The position numbers and the translations under genes are program-made. The notes beneath the pieces were generated by a model that saw only the letters and a list, made by a program, of their open reading frames with translations, had not been told where the DNA came from and did no database searches. Below, piece by piece: positions 1-11,111 of a stretch of 64,000 nucleotides of DNA (position 1 is the stretch's first letter; every line of letters begins with the position of its first letter). This stretch comes from Nemertoderma westbladi (Eukaryota; Animalia; Xenacoelomorpha): assembly GCA_032718475.1 (NCBI GenBank), contig JAUCBJ010008204.1, forward strand, positions 1-64,000, given 5' to 3'.

Positions 1-552
1 ATGCTTACTAAGTTGCTGATAGAGTTGCTCAAAATGTTGCCACGTACTGTAGAATAACAGGTCTTTAATTATTCGTCATGACGTACTGTAAGTGAACTTT
101 ACTTTAACGTAGCTGTAACCCTGTAGCTAGACTTTGTTCTTACTGTAGAGTACCACCCATGGCTATATTTTGTACTTAGAGTTCCGCTTTCTTGAATCTA
201 AATTTTGTTCTTATAGTTCTGCATTTGGCTACATTTTGTTCAATTTGTATTGATACATGATTCTAACTACAGTCCCGTACTTATTTTAGAAGCAATTAAT
301 ACCAAAATATCAAAAACTTATGGAGCCCTTTAGAATTTTGAATTCAAAAATTTCCAACATGTGCGCAAGTGTGTTAGCTATATTGTATGTGATTATTTGT
401 TATTATTGCGTTTACAGGTAATACTAACACCTGATCATGTGCTAGTTAACATGTTAGATAGCACGTATTAGCTAATAACAAATGCGCACATGTATTACGT
501 TCGCACTACGCACTAAATAATTAAGGACGCACGATACGCCTTGGCTATTATT

Positions 553-742
553 TGATATATTTTGCGTGTTTTTTGTAAAAATTCGGACTTATGGTGTTTT
601 GCCAAATTGAGGATACCTTGTTTTCTAGGCAATACCCCGCAACTATCGTATAGTTACGGGATAATACCAGAAAATGGTGTTCCCCTTTGTTTTGGCAAAA
701 CACCATAAGTCAGAATTTTTACAAAAAAACCGCAATATATTT
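553..742. repeat. ~190-bp imperfect palindrome (MITE-like/foldback remnant)
   Basis: tttttgtaaaaattcggacttatggtgttttgccaaa (~570-607) is mirrored by tttggcaaaacaccataagtcagaatttttacaaaaaa (~691-729); the inner arms ttttctaggcaataccccgcaactat / atagttacgggataataccagaaaa also pair. Confidence 0.6.
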
Positions 743-3192
743 CAAAGGTAATTCTAAATCAAATTGAAAGTTTAGTTATATGAATTCTATATATATTTAG
801 TTATCAAAAAACACAATAACAAGTAAACTGAGGCATCTCTCTAAAAAATAAACAGTTTTTATCGATTATCTCAGAACTACAAAAATCGACTTAGGGGGTT
901 CTGCCTTGAAGGTGACGATATACAAGTGACAAAAGTGCTTTTTCCCAAACACCCCTTCTGGCAGTTAGGCCGAACCGACATACCTTTTGGCTGTGGGATA
1001 GTGTTAGCCAATGAGGTGAGCTTATTAGAGGAACAGCCAATTAGAAGCCCAGCAATACTTCCATAGGCTGAAACGACACCCCAATTGGAAATATGCAGTG
1101 CTACGGGAACTACATATTAAATGTGCTAAACCTGGTCTTTTGGGATGAGTCTTCTGGGTTCAGTAGTCTACTCACTCCTCCCATTTAGAAGCCTGGCTGC
1201 GCTCGTATAACAGGTCGCAAAATTATATCCCCAAATAAATATCCCCGTACCGCTACTGATATAAATAATATATCTTATAAACCTGATCGTTTAGGACTGT
1301 GTTACTACTGTATATTCATAATGTAACTGTATAACTACTTGGTCTCCTTTACAAGCCTCACCGTGCACGTGTTCGTCATCTCAAGCATGTACAATATAAT
1401 TGTCCGCTAACATCAGGGGTGGATCCAGAGGGTAACGGAAAACGGTGAGAAAACGGTCACTACTGAATAACTGGATGCAAAATATCGATTTTTTAAATTT
1501 TGAACTTTTATCACCCATAAAACTCCAAATAATAACAAACACAAAACAACTAATAAGAAAATAAAAAACAAATATTACCAACCCCCCCCCCCCCCCCCCC
1601 CCCCCCAAACAGTCGTTATGATTAAAACGGAAAACGGAAATTTGACCACGTATAGTGTCTACATTCAGACATTTATTGCGCGTTAGGTCCCAAAGAGCGT
1701 TAGGTCCTATATTGCCATTTAAATTAGGAGCCGGTTAGTAAAGGAGCAGGTCACAAAGGCGTGTTGCGGCTTGCGGGAACCAAAACAATAAACGAAAGTT
1801 GACACATGTTAGTCATGTTACAAGATTATGTAGGTCTTTATAATTGGCTTTGTTTTGTACTCACTACTCACTCACGCAGTCACCCATGCAGCACTATCTG
1901 TTCTGGTTGCTGGTACTGCAGTACAGCAGTAGCTTAGCTTATCAGCTGATCAGGGTAGTAATCAGGGTTAGGCTTAGGCCTACAGTAGCCTAATACATCA
2001 ATACCGGTACATGTAATACAGTAATAGAGGCCTAATTTATTTTCATGAACGTGGACGGAGGCTGGGTGGACTAGCACTAGACCACAAGCCTGCAAGCTGC
2101 ATGGCGTTAGAATGTGAAGAGCAAGAGAATGTCAAATGGCATCGCATCACTCATCACATTCAGACATTGTGTATGTGCATGCAGTAGGCCTACTGCACAG
2201 TATTTATGTGCTACTTCCAAAGTCCAGGCTGCATAGTTTTCTCTACTCTAGGCCTACTGCTCTAGGAGCCTACTGGCTTTTGCTGTTTTATGGGCAGATG
2301 GGCTTTGGCATCGGTCAGTCGGTTGACCGGTCCACTGCACTGACTACAGGACTACGCTACCGGCTGGCCGCGGACCGGTACCGTTACCGGTACACGTCAT
2401 AGCTCTGTCCTCTGTAGCGGCTTGGATTCTGGCTTACTGCAGTCAGCAGTACTGGCTTACCTAACGCTAACCTAACAGTCTAAAACCTAACGTCTAAAAA
2501 CCAGATTGCCAGAAGTCAGGAAGTTGTGTGGGTAGATTTGCAAACTCCAGCCATCCAGCGGCATATCACAGCCTAAACAGCTCTAAAGGCCTGCAGACAA
2601 CAGGCTGACAGGCATACATCTGTACTTTGGTCTGTTGGTCTCACGGCCTACTCTCCACTCTCAGACTCTCTGACTCTGCCAGTGCCCAGGCCAGGCTGCC
2701 AGGCAGCCAGGACTGCAGGAAGCTCTGACTGTCTGAAGCTGGGGGAGGATGGAGGAGGTGAGGTGACAGAGTGACTGCAGACTGGTTCTGTGTCTGTCAG
2801 TCTGTGCGATCAGTCAGTCAGTCTGTCAGTGTACGGCTGTACGGTGTACTGGTACCGGTACCTGTGTACGGCACCGACACGTGGCCCGGTCTGACGGTCA
2901 ACGGTAGGCTGGTAGGTCAGTAGGTCCTGCCAGCCTGCCCTGCATGCCCTGCTGCCTGCCGCCAGATATCCAAATTCCAAACACAAGAATGTGGCGAATC
3001 TACAACCTACAGCTAACCAGCAGACCAGCCAACAGCGCCGCGCCAGTCAAAGTCAACACCAATTGCCTGGCGGTCCCTGGTCTGATCCTACCCCAGTACC
3101 CTACTGCCCTACCTAACAGCCTAACCCAGCAGCCCAGTCTGCCAGTACTGCAGTAACCTGCTGACCTGCTCAGCTCACCTGCTCACAGCCTT

Positions 3193-3734
3193 TGTGACGG
3201 GATCCAAGAGGGATCCCGGTTTATCCGGTTTTAGTTCACGCGTCCCCGCCGTGTATGAAGAGTGAATAAGTTCGTGCTGTTTGTCGTATATAATATGATA
3301 TGCAGGTATAGGTATAGATATAGATATAGATATATTGTCGTATACGGAAGGCGGATACGGTAACTAAAGTCCCGGTCCTTCCCTATCTAAAACTATGTAA
3401 CCTAATCTAGCACCGGTATTGCACTGAGATAACTGAATTGGTATTATTACTGCCAAGTGGCTATATTGCACGGTTGGCCTTGTTGCTCTACCTAATCGAT
3501 GCCTTTCCCCCCTCTGATTGGTTGATACCCTTGTTGGCGCCCTTTCGAGTGTTCCCGTTCACTCCACCTATTCTCTCTGGGTTAGGGGTTTGGCCCCTGA
3601 CCCTCATTGTGTGCTTCTCCTTCCCATTCTCATTGGGATGGCACGAGTTGGTTAATTACCCAATCTCGTGGCTCCCAATATTGCTTATCGGCTTATAACT
3701 TTATGGGGTGTTAGCGGGATTGAATAAGCTAACA
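3193..3734 (-). repeat. 3' LTR of outer element
   Basis: Matches 23315-23851 except about two substitutions, one 6-bp indel and one 1-bp indel (by eye). Confidence 0.97.
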
Positions 3735-3743
3735 CTCCCCCCC
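3735..3743 (-). promoter_or_regulatory. Polypurine tract of outer element (GGGGGGGAG)
   Basis: Directly abuts the 3' LTR on the minus strand; identical tract in the inner element at 16521-16529. Confidence 0.9.
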
Positions 3744-4453
3744 ATGCTATCTTCCCGGTAAGAAGATAGCATCAACCAAAAAGTGCGCTACAATCCCGCT
3801 GGATCCCGATCTAGTATCGGGTGTGGGGTGGAATTCTTTTCTCTCGGAGCCGGCTTTCCAGGCCGCCCCCTATGGGTATGATAACGCTACCCTGTGTGCC
3901 TGGCGTCTCATGTCGGGCCGATCGCGCTCACCTCTCACGCAACTTTTGTTTCCCCAACACTTCCGCCCTATCTCTTCTTCACTCTCATCCTAACTCTCTC
4001 ATACATTCGGACCTCCTCGTCCCTTACTCAGTCTCTTATTCTCCCCCCCCCCACACTAGAATTGCGTCCGCACTCTCTCTGTACTTCGCACTATTACTCT
4101 GTCCCTCAACCCTACTTCGACTGCCTCATCCCTTCAGACGAATCTCCCCCCCCCCCCCCCCCCCTCTTGTGCCGTCGCACTCAAGAAGTGTGAAATTGTC
4201 TGGTGTCTCGTCCATAGTGCCATAGTCAGTTATCCCCCAGTCCCAGTAGCTAATTGAGAAAGGTTGTATGACTATAGTACTTACTCCCATCGTATATTCG
4301 TAGATTACTAATTACTACGTACGTACATACAAATTGCACTTATATGATTATTTGCATTAATTAAATTTGTACTTAATAGTTCGTACGTCCCACGCGGCGC
4401 CTTCCAGGCGCACCACGTCCCAGTCTCAGTCTCTATCCCTCGACTCTGGGAAC

Positions 4454-7012
4454 CTATCTGTTCCTCTGGGGATAGTTCCCCCTGGCGTCCTCTTCCCTGG
4501 GCCGTTTCTTGGTTATCACCGTTCCTCTGGCATCATCCGCTTTCTGCTTTCGGACCTTCGCCGCCACCTCCCTGCTGATCCCGGTCGTTGGCTCCTTGGG
4601 CGCTGGTGTTATTAGTGCCCGATACCGCTTCGCCGGTGGCCCCTCAGAGTGGCCCGGTTGTCTCCCTCTGGTGGCGTCCCATAGGATCATTTTCATTGCC
4701 TTTGGTACGTGCTCCGCCAAGAAATCCCTAAACTCCCTTCGGTTCTCTGGCGTCCACCTGTCCAAATACCTTTGCGTGTTCATCACTCCAGCGTACGACG
4801 CCGCCGTTGCTACCTCTTGGTAGGTAAACGGTAGCCTCCGCTTTATGATTTCCATGTGAGTCTCCTGATTGATAAGGAAGAAACCCCACTTGAACTCCTG
4901 GGCCTTCATGCGCTGGCGCGTCATGGCCCCGACGTCGGCCCACTCCTCGAATCTTGTGAACTTCTCCTCGTCGTTCATCCAGTCGCACTCGCGTCCGTAG
5001 TGTCCCCGAAAGTGGCACTTTGGACATCGGTTATGCAACCGTGGACACGCCCCCATCCTGTGGCTTGGTTCTCTGCAATAGAGACAAAAGGTTCCCTTTT
5101 GGAACCGGTATAGGCAGCTGCTTTCCCGATGGGTCTGTCTCCCACAGTAGTCGCAGCCGAGTACCAATGTCTCCCGTCCCACCTCGTCTTTCGTCCCAAG
5201 CGATCTCCGCGGTCTGTGGAGTCGCTGGTAGGCGAACTTCTCTACGTTGGTCTCTCTATCTACGTCGATCTCTCCGCCCCTCTCGGGCATCGTCTCCCCG
5301 AATACTATCCGTGGTGCCGTCCCCGGTTGCTCGCCCAACCTGATGGTGCTCCCCGCGAAATCCATCGCCGGCTCCTCGTGCACCCAGGTCCGCTTGCCGG
5401 ATCTGTTCCAGAAGGCCCTCGCCCCACTGGCCGTCACCACCCTTCCGCCAACCCAGTCCGTGTCCGAGTGGCCTATCCTCTCGATGGGCGGCATCTCTCC
5501 GAACTCGTCGTCGTCGTCCTCCTCTTCTGGCAGTGTCTCCAACCCCGGTATCCCGATGGATCCACTATATCCCTTTCCGCCTTGGCTCTCCCCCGTAGCT
5601 CTCCATCCCTCTAGCTCCCTTAACTTCCTTGGCGGTTGGTCGCCCTCGGCGCCCGCTGGTATGGGCATCGTTTGCAGCCCCGACGTCGACTGTTTCGGCG
5701 ATCCCACCGTCCATCCCAATTCTCGCCCTAGAGACTCCCCCGAACTTCCTGATGAAGTCCAATGAAGTTCGTCTAGGCCTGCCTGTTCCTCGAAGCCGTA
5801 ACTCTGTGTCCTGGCCTCCTCTTCCCTCTCCTCTGCTTCTATCCTCTCCCGTCTAGCGACTTCTTCCAGTCGCTTTGCTTCTCGTCTATCCGTCTCTAGC
5901 TGCTCCCATCTCTGATACGGTGTATCTGTCTCCCTGTCTACCAGATGTCGGCTGTTGTAGTACACCGACTCGCCCTTCAGCCCCGGGTGGTCTACCAGAC
6001 CGTCAAAGGCCGTCTTAAAAGGCTCTCCTGTAGCTTAGGGGTGATCCCGATAACAGAAATGCCCCTGGTTCCCTCTCGATAACCACAGTCATGAATAAGT
6101 TGAGCAAACTTATCATCATCCAGTCCTCCAGCAAGATATATCGCTTCTGATATACCTTTATCGCTCCCCTGCGGAACTGATATACCTCCTGCTTTCCTGG
6201 TCTCGCTCCCCACTTTAGCGAGTTCGCTAGTTCTGCTCCGTATTCTTCCCTAAACTTCCCCCAATCCATCGGTTTGTGGCATACGAGCCCCAATAATTGG
6301 CCCATTGCCACCGCCCCGCATTGGCCTGTGTTTTCGACGCGTGTTTTACCCCCAACCCATCCGGTGCCGTCATAGCCATAAAGACTTTCTGCATATCCAG
6401 GAGGTTGGTGGCGTCCGGACCGATGATCCTCTCCGCGTCCTCGCGAATCGCCGATCCCACTTTCGTCGTCGACTTCTCTCTCACTAAGACCTGTACCGCT
6501 TTCGGTATCCGGTCTAGTTTCGGCCCGTCCTTCTTCCCATACGTCCCTAGGTCGAATAAGAAGATGTCCCCATTTGGCGCGGCCAAATGTAGGAGTATGG
6601 TCCTGGCCGACCCCAGAGTTCCTCGTCTCGAACCCGCCTCGTCTTCCACGGTTCCCTCATCATCTAGGATCATATATCCTCCTCTGTTGACGGACTCTAT
6701 GAATCTCTTCCAGTCCTTCCTCGGTGATTCCCTCGGGTACTTCGGAATCCTGAACTTCGCCTCATCCCCTTTCACCACGTAGTGGAAGTGTTGGAAGATC
6801 GCGTTGTCCAGCGACGGCGTCCCGTAGGTCCCGACCAGCCGCTGTTCGTGCATCTCCCTGAAGTGATCCTGCAGCGCTCGCGCCGCGTGACCCCTTTCCA
6901 ACCTCTCGTAGTATCCTCTCGTCTTCTCTTCCGGATGCCTCTCGGTGAAATCCACCAGTATCTCCTTTCCTCCTGACTCCGCCTTTCTCTTTCTGATCAA
7001 CTTACTCGCCAT
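4454..7012 (-). pseudogene. Accessory ORF of outer element: DEDDy-type 3'-5' exonuclease domain plus three CCHC zinc knuckles (~850 codons, two frameshifts near 6315 and 6030)
   Basis: ORF pieces 7012-6227, 6311-6015 and 5965-4454 join by frameshifts. Motifs ILDDEG (ExoI), LLHLAAPNGDIFLFDL, KVGSAIREDAERI (ExoII), NLLDM, AMGQLLG, W..RP...Q.RYILLED (ExoIII-like) resemble WRN/EXD/Mut-7. Knuckles are CDYCGRQTHRESSC, CLYCREPSHRMGAC and CPKCHFRGHYGREC. Confidence 0.8.
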
Positions 7013-7504
7013 TCCGAACGTTCACTCGCTCACCTGCAAGGTGGTGCCTTACCAAGGCGCAATACAGATGAGTGATGTATCTAAGATGTTCTGTACGGTT
7101 CGATAATGGCCTATTTCCTACTTAACTGCGCCTTTTAACCTAAATTATTCCTAATTAATTTTGAAGCTAGTAAATGAGCGTAATTTACAATTTCTGTCCG
7201 TTACTTTTATTATATTCTAGAATAACTTTCCTTGTGTTGCCATTATTTTACAACTTTCAGCCCTATTCTGTTTATTTATCTATTTAATTTGATTCTACTG
7301 TCCTACTACTTACTACTGCCTATGGATTATTCTATTCTCTAATCCACATTCTGGCCTACTCTGTGGGTCTATGCAGTACAGCAGCATGCGTCGTGTGGCC
7401 ACACGACTTACCCAGCTGTACTCATATGCCCCCCTCTCGCTACTAACGCTACTAACTGCTAACTAATATCTATATCTATATCCCCTTTTACCTCTTACTC
7501 TCTC

Positions 7505-8045
7505 TCTTCTAACTAACGGTACTACGTACCCTCTAACTCTAACTCTTCTAACTAACGGTACTTACGTACCCTCTAACTCTCTAACTAACTAGCGGTACTT
7601 ACGTACCCTCTAACTCTCTAACTAACTAGCGGTACTTACGTACCCTCTAACTCTCTAACTAACTATCGGTACTACGTACCCTCTAACTCTCTGACTAACG
7701 GTACTTACGTACCCTCTAACTAACTATCGGTACTACGTACCCTCTAACTCTAACTAACTAGCGGTACTACGTACCCTCTAACTCTCTGACTAACTAACGG
7801 TACTTACGTACCCTCTAACTAACTCTCTAACTGGCGGTACTACGTACCTCCTAACTAACTGACTAACTAACGGTACTTACGTACCCTCTAACTAACTCTC
7901 TAACTGGCGGTACTACGTACCTCCTAACTAACTAACTAACTAACGGTACTTACGTACCCTCTAACTAACTCTCTAACTGGCGGTACTACGTACCTCCTAA
8001 CTAACTAACTAACTAGGTACTACGTACCTTCTAACTAACTCTCTG
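7505..8045 (-). repeat. Tandem array of short GGTAC-loop-GTACC hairpins with GTTAG-rich spacers, downstream of pol
   Basis: Repeated ctaactaacggtac(t)tacgtaccctctaac units of ~30-40 bp. Confidence 0.9.
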
Positions 8046-8188
8046 CCTACTAACTGCGTACCTACCATGTACTATTTTTTTTATTTTATTTTATTTTTTC
8101 TATTTTGTTTGTGGGAAGGGCGTCTCGCCCTCAATCCCACCCCCCTCAGTCCAAAACTTGGACGACTAAACTCGACTCTAACTCCAAG

Positions 8189-10493
8189 TTAAGGTGCCCC
8201 TTCTAGCAGACAGCATTTGCCTACTGCTCTCCTGTAGGTTTTCCTGTCCTTCGCACCTATCTTTCCACCTATCCGCACTTCTACCGATCGGACTCTTCCG
8301 TCCTCGTCGGAGTAGGTGCCTACAACTCTCGCCAACCGCCATTGGTTGTTGATGATAGTATCATCCGTAACGATTACGAGATCTCCTACTCTTAACTCCC
8401 TGTTCGGCTTCCTCCACTTGCTTCGCTTATGGAGCGTGGGTAGGTATTCCTCGACCCACCTCCTCCAATACTCTGCGCTTATTGCCTTTGCGACTTTCCA
8501 ACTTTGGCGGGAGTGTATGTCATCTGGGTCTACACCCCGCATATCGATGGTCGCTGGCCTTTCCATCAGGAAATGGCTAGGCGTCAGCACGTCTAGTGAC
8601 TCAGGGTCATCATTCTCCGGATATAGCGGTCTGCTATTAATGATCCCCTCGCACTTCGCAAGTACTGTCCGTAAGACGTCCTCAGTGACCATGTGGGTGT
8701 TCATTAGCTTCGTCATTAGACGCTTTGAACTGCCCACCAGTCTCTCGACGCATCCTAGTGTATGTGGTGCATACGGCGTCCTTCTCTCCCACTTTACTTG
8801 TCGTTGTCTCATGGCTGCCCTGACTTCTTCTCCCTCCAAGGCCTCTGCCATCTCACTCTCTGCGCCCACAAAGTTGGTGCCGTTGTCGCTGTATATCACT
8901 GCGATCGTCCCACCTTTGCGGTCCCTAAACCTTTCTAAGGCGTTAATGAACGCTGATGCGGTTGCATCTTGGGCGAGTTCTATCCCTACCGCCCGCGTAT
9001 TGTTGCATACGAAGATAATGCCGTAGCGTTTCTCCGTGTGTCGCATCACTTTGATCTTGATCGGCCCGAACATGTCCACACCGCAATGCGTAAATGGCGG
9101 GTCGTGCTGTCTTACCCTACTCGCCGGTAGTGGCGCCATCTCCTGTACGGCTCGCTCCTTCTTCGCTCGTTGGCAGGTCTGGCACTGCCCCACTACCGCT
9201 TTTACCTTCTTCCTCAGTTGTTTGACCCAATAGGTCCTCCTTATCTCTGTGAGGGTTCGGTTGGTGCCCCCATGTAATATCGATTTGTGGGAGTCCCATA
9301 TAATCTGGTGGACTATTGGCGATCCTGTTGGAATGATGATGGGTTTCGGTGGTACGACTATGCTGTTGTTGTATCCCACCCTAGAATTCATTACTAGAAT
9401 CCCGTTGTCATTGAGTTGTGGCGACAGCGTAATCAGCTCGCTGTCCCGTCGTAGGTGCTGTTGGTTACCGACGCATTCCACCTCGTCGCCGTAGTTCTTC
9501 CGTTGTTCATAGCGGATCACTGCCTTGGCCGCTCCTTCCAGATCTATGGTTGTCCTGATCTTCTTGTCCTTGCCAACTCCCGCAAGGAAATTCCCGAAGG
9601 CTCTCCAGTACGCCACTAGTTTCTTGGTCTTATACCAACTAGAACTGTAGCTGAGGAGTTTATCCGTCGGGTTATCGCACAGTTCCCGTCCTGGTTGCAC
9701 GTCCCTAATCTCCCTCACCATCTGGGAGTATATCTCTTCTCCCTCTGAATCTCCCTCTTCTCCTTCTGATACTACTTCCGAGCCCGGGTCCACCTTCCTC
9801 ATCGGCGGCCAGGCCTCCTTATCGCTCAGAAATTGTGGCCCATGTTGCCACAATACTTCCTTCTTCAAGAAAGTGTGGCGTACCACGCCCCTTGACAACA
9901 AGTCCGCTGGGTTATCGTCTGTTGGGCAGTAGTGCCACCTTTCCAATTCTGTACTCGCCCTTATTTCGTCCACTCTATTCGCGACGAATATCGGGTATCT
10001 CGTCCTTTCGTTGTGTAGCCAACCAAGCACTACCATGGAGTCCGTCCAGTAGTGTGTCTCCACTATGTTGGGAATAGTATCCACTAGGTAGGCTGTGGCT
10101 CTTACTCCTAGTCTCGCGGCTGTCAATTCTAACTTAGGAACTGATGCTGAATCTGGTGGCGTTGACTTTGCTTTACTAAAGGCTAGTCTTGGCTTATGAG
10201 CCCCCTCTCGTTGTACTAAGTAGAGTGCCGCTCCGTACGCTTCCAACGATGCGTCGGAGAACATGTGTAGGTCCAGATTCGTCATGTTCCCATCCGGGAA
10301 ATACACCCGTGGCATGTTGTATGTTCCCATCTTCTCCAAGTCTCCTGTCCACTTGCTCCACTGCTTCTTGATTTCCTCTGGTACCTCTACGTCCCACTCA
10401 TCTTTCAATTTGTATACTCTCTTGAGTATCTGTTTCCCCGTGACTAATAATGGGGATGCTAGGCCTAGGGGATCGTATATCCTTGCTATATAC
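8189..10493 (-). CDS. Outer pol, 3' part: RT thumb/RNase H, integrase (HHCC + DDE) and C-terminal domain
   Basis: YDPLG, FSDASLEAYGA, VPKLEL, WTDS, NPADLLSRG; H..ILH...C..C; GVDMFGP, SDNGTNFVGA, ERLVG; WVEEYLPTLHKRSKW. Removing the insert plus one TATAC restores the in-frame reading KRGYVSYIARIYDPLG. Confidence 0.95.
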
Positions 10494-11023
10494 TGTTAGC
10501 TTATCCAATTCCGCTAACACAAACCCATAGAGTGAGCCATAAAGCAATATTGGGAGCCTATTGTCAGCCCAGTAAACGGGGACAATAGGCCCCAAAGGAG
10601 ACACACACAATAAGGGTCAGGGGTTACTCCCCTGACAAGAGAGAGAACAGCAAGGGCGAAGGGAAGCACTTCAGAGGGGGGCAAAGGGTGCCAACAGGGG
10701 TATCAACCAATCAGAGGGGGGAAAGGCATCGATTGAGTAGCAATAAGGCCACCGTGCAATATAACCAGTTACCAGTAATCATACCGGTCAGTTATTCAGT
10801 TTACTCAGTCAGATCAGTAGGGTGGAACGGGGACTTCTGTCACCGTCCGCTACCGCCATCATATTATTCATACTTATATTACCTGTTGTGTTATACTATA
10901 TATCAGACTATTATACCTTATACATATAACCGGACACCAGAACTATTTTACCTTTCACACACGGCGGGGACGCGTGGATAGAAAACCCAAACGGATAAAC
11001 CGGGATCCGTAGATCCCGTCACA
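10494..11023 (+). repeat. 5' LTR of inner element
   Basis: tgttagc...cgtcaca; only one substitution seen versus 16530-17059. Confidence 0.97.
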
Positions 11024-11032
11024 GTGACAGAA
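11024..11032 (+). promoter_or_regulatory. Putative self-complementary primer-binding site of inner element (GTGACAGAA)
   Basis: No TGG/tRNA complement; exact reverse complement of TTCTGTCAC at 10835-10843 in its own LTR. Confidence 0.7.
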
Positions 11033-11111
11033 CTAGATCCGCCCAGCTGCCCTGACAGAGATAGAATAGAGCTACCGTCCTAGCTAGCGACGACCAGCTA
11101 CCAAAGGCGAG

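Noticed and set aside
3438-3698. Short hydrophobic ORFs in the LTRs (also 23555-23815, 10688-10981, 16724-17017)
   Set aside because: Non-ATG starts, repeated only because the LTRs are duplicated, and no recognisable domain
5745-5780. CTGATGA as a further hammerhead core
   Set aside because: No GAAA(C) second core strand or closing stems; antisense of coding sequence
4454-7012. env gene interpretation of the extra ORF
   Set aside because: No signal peptide or transmembrane helix; nuclease and knuckle motifs instead
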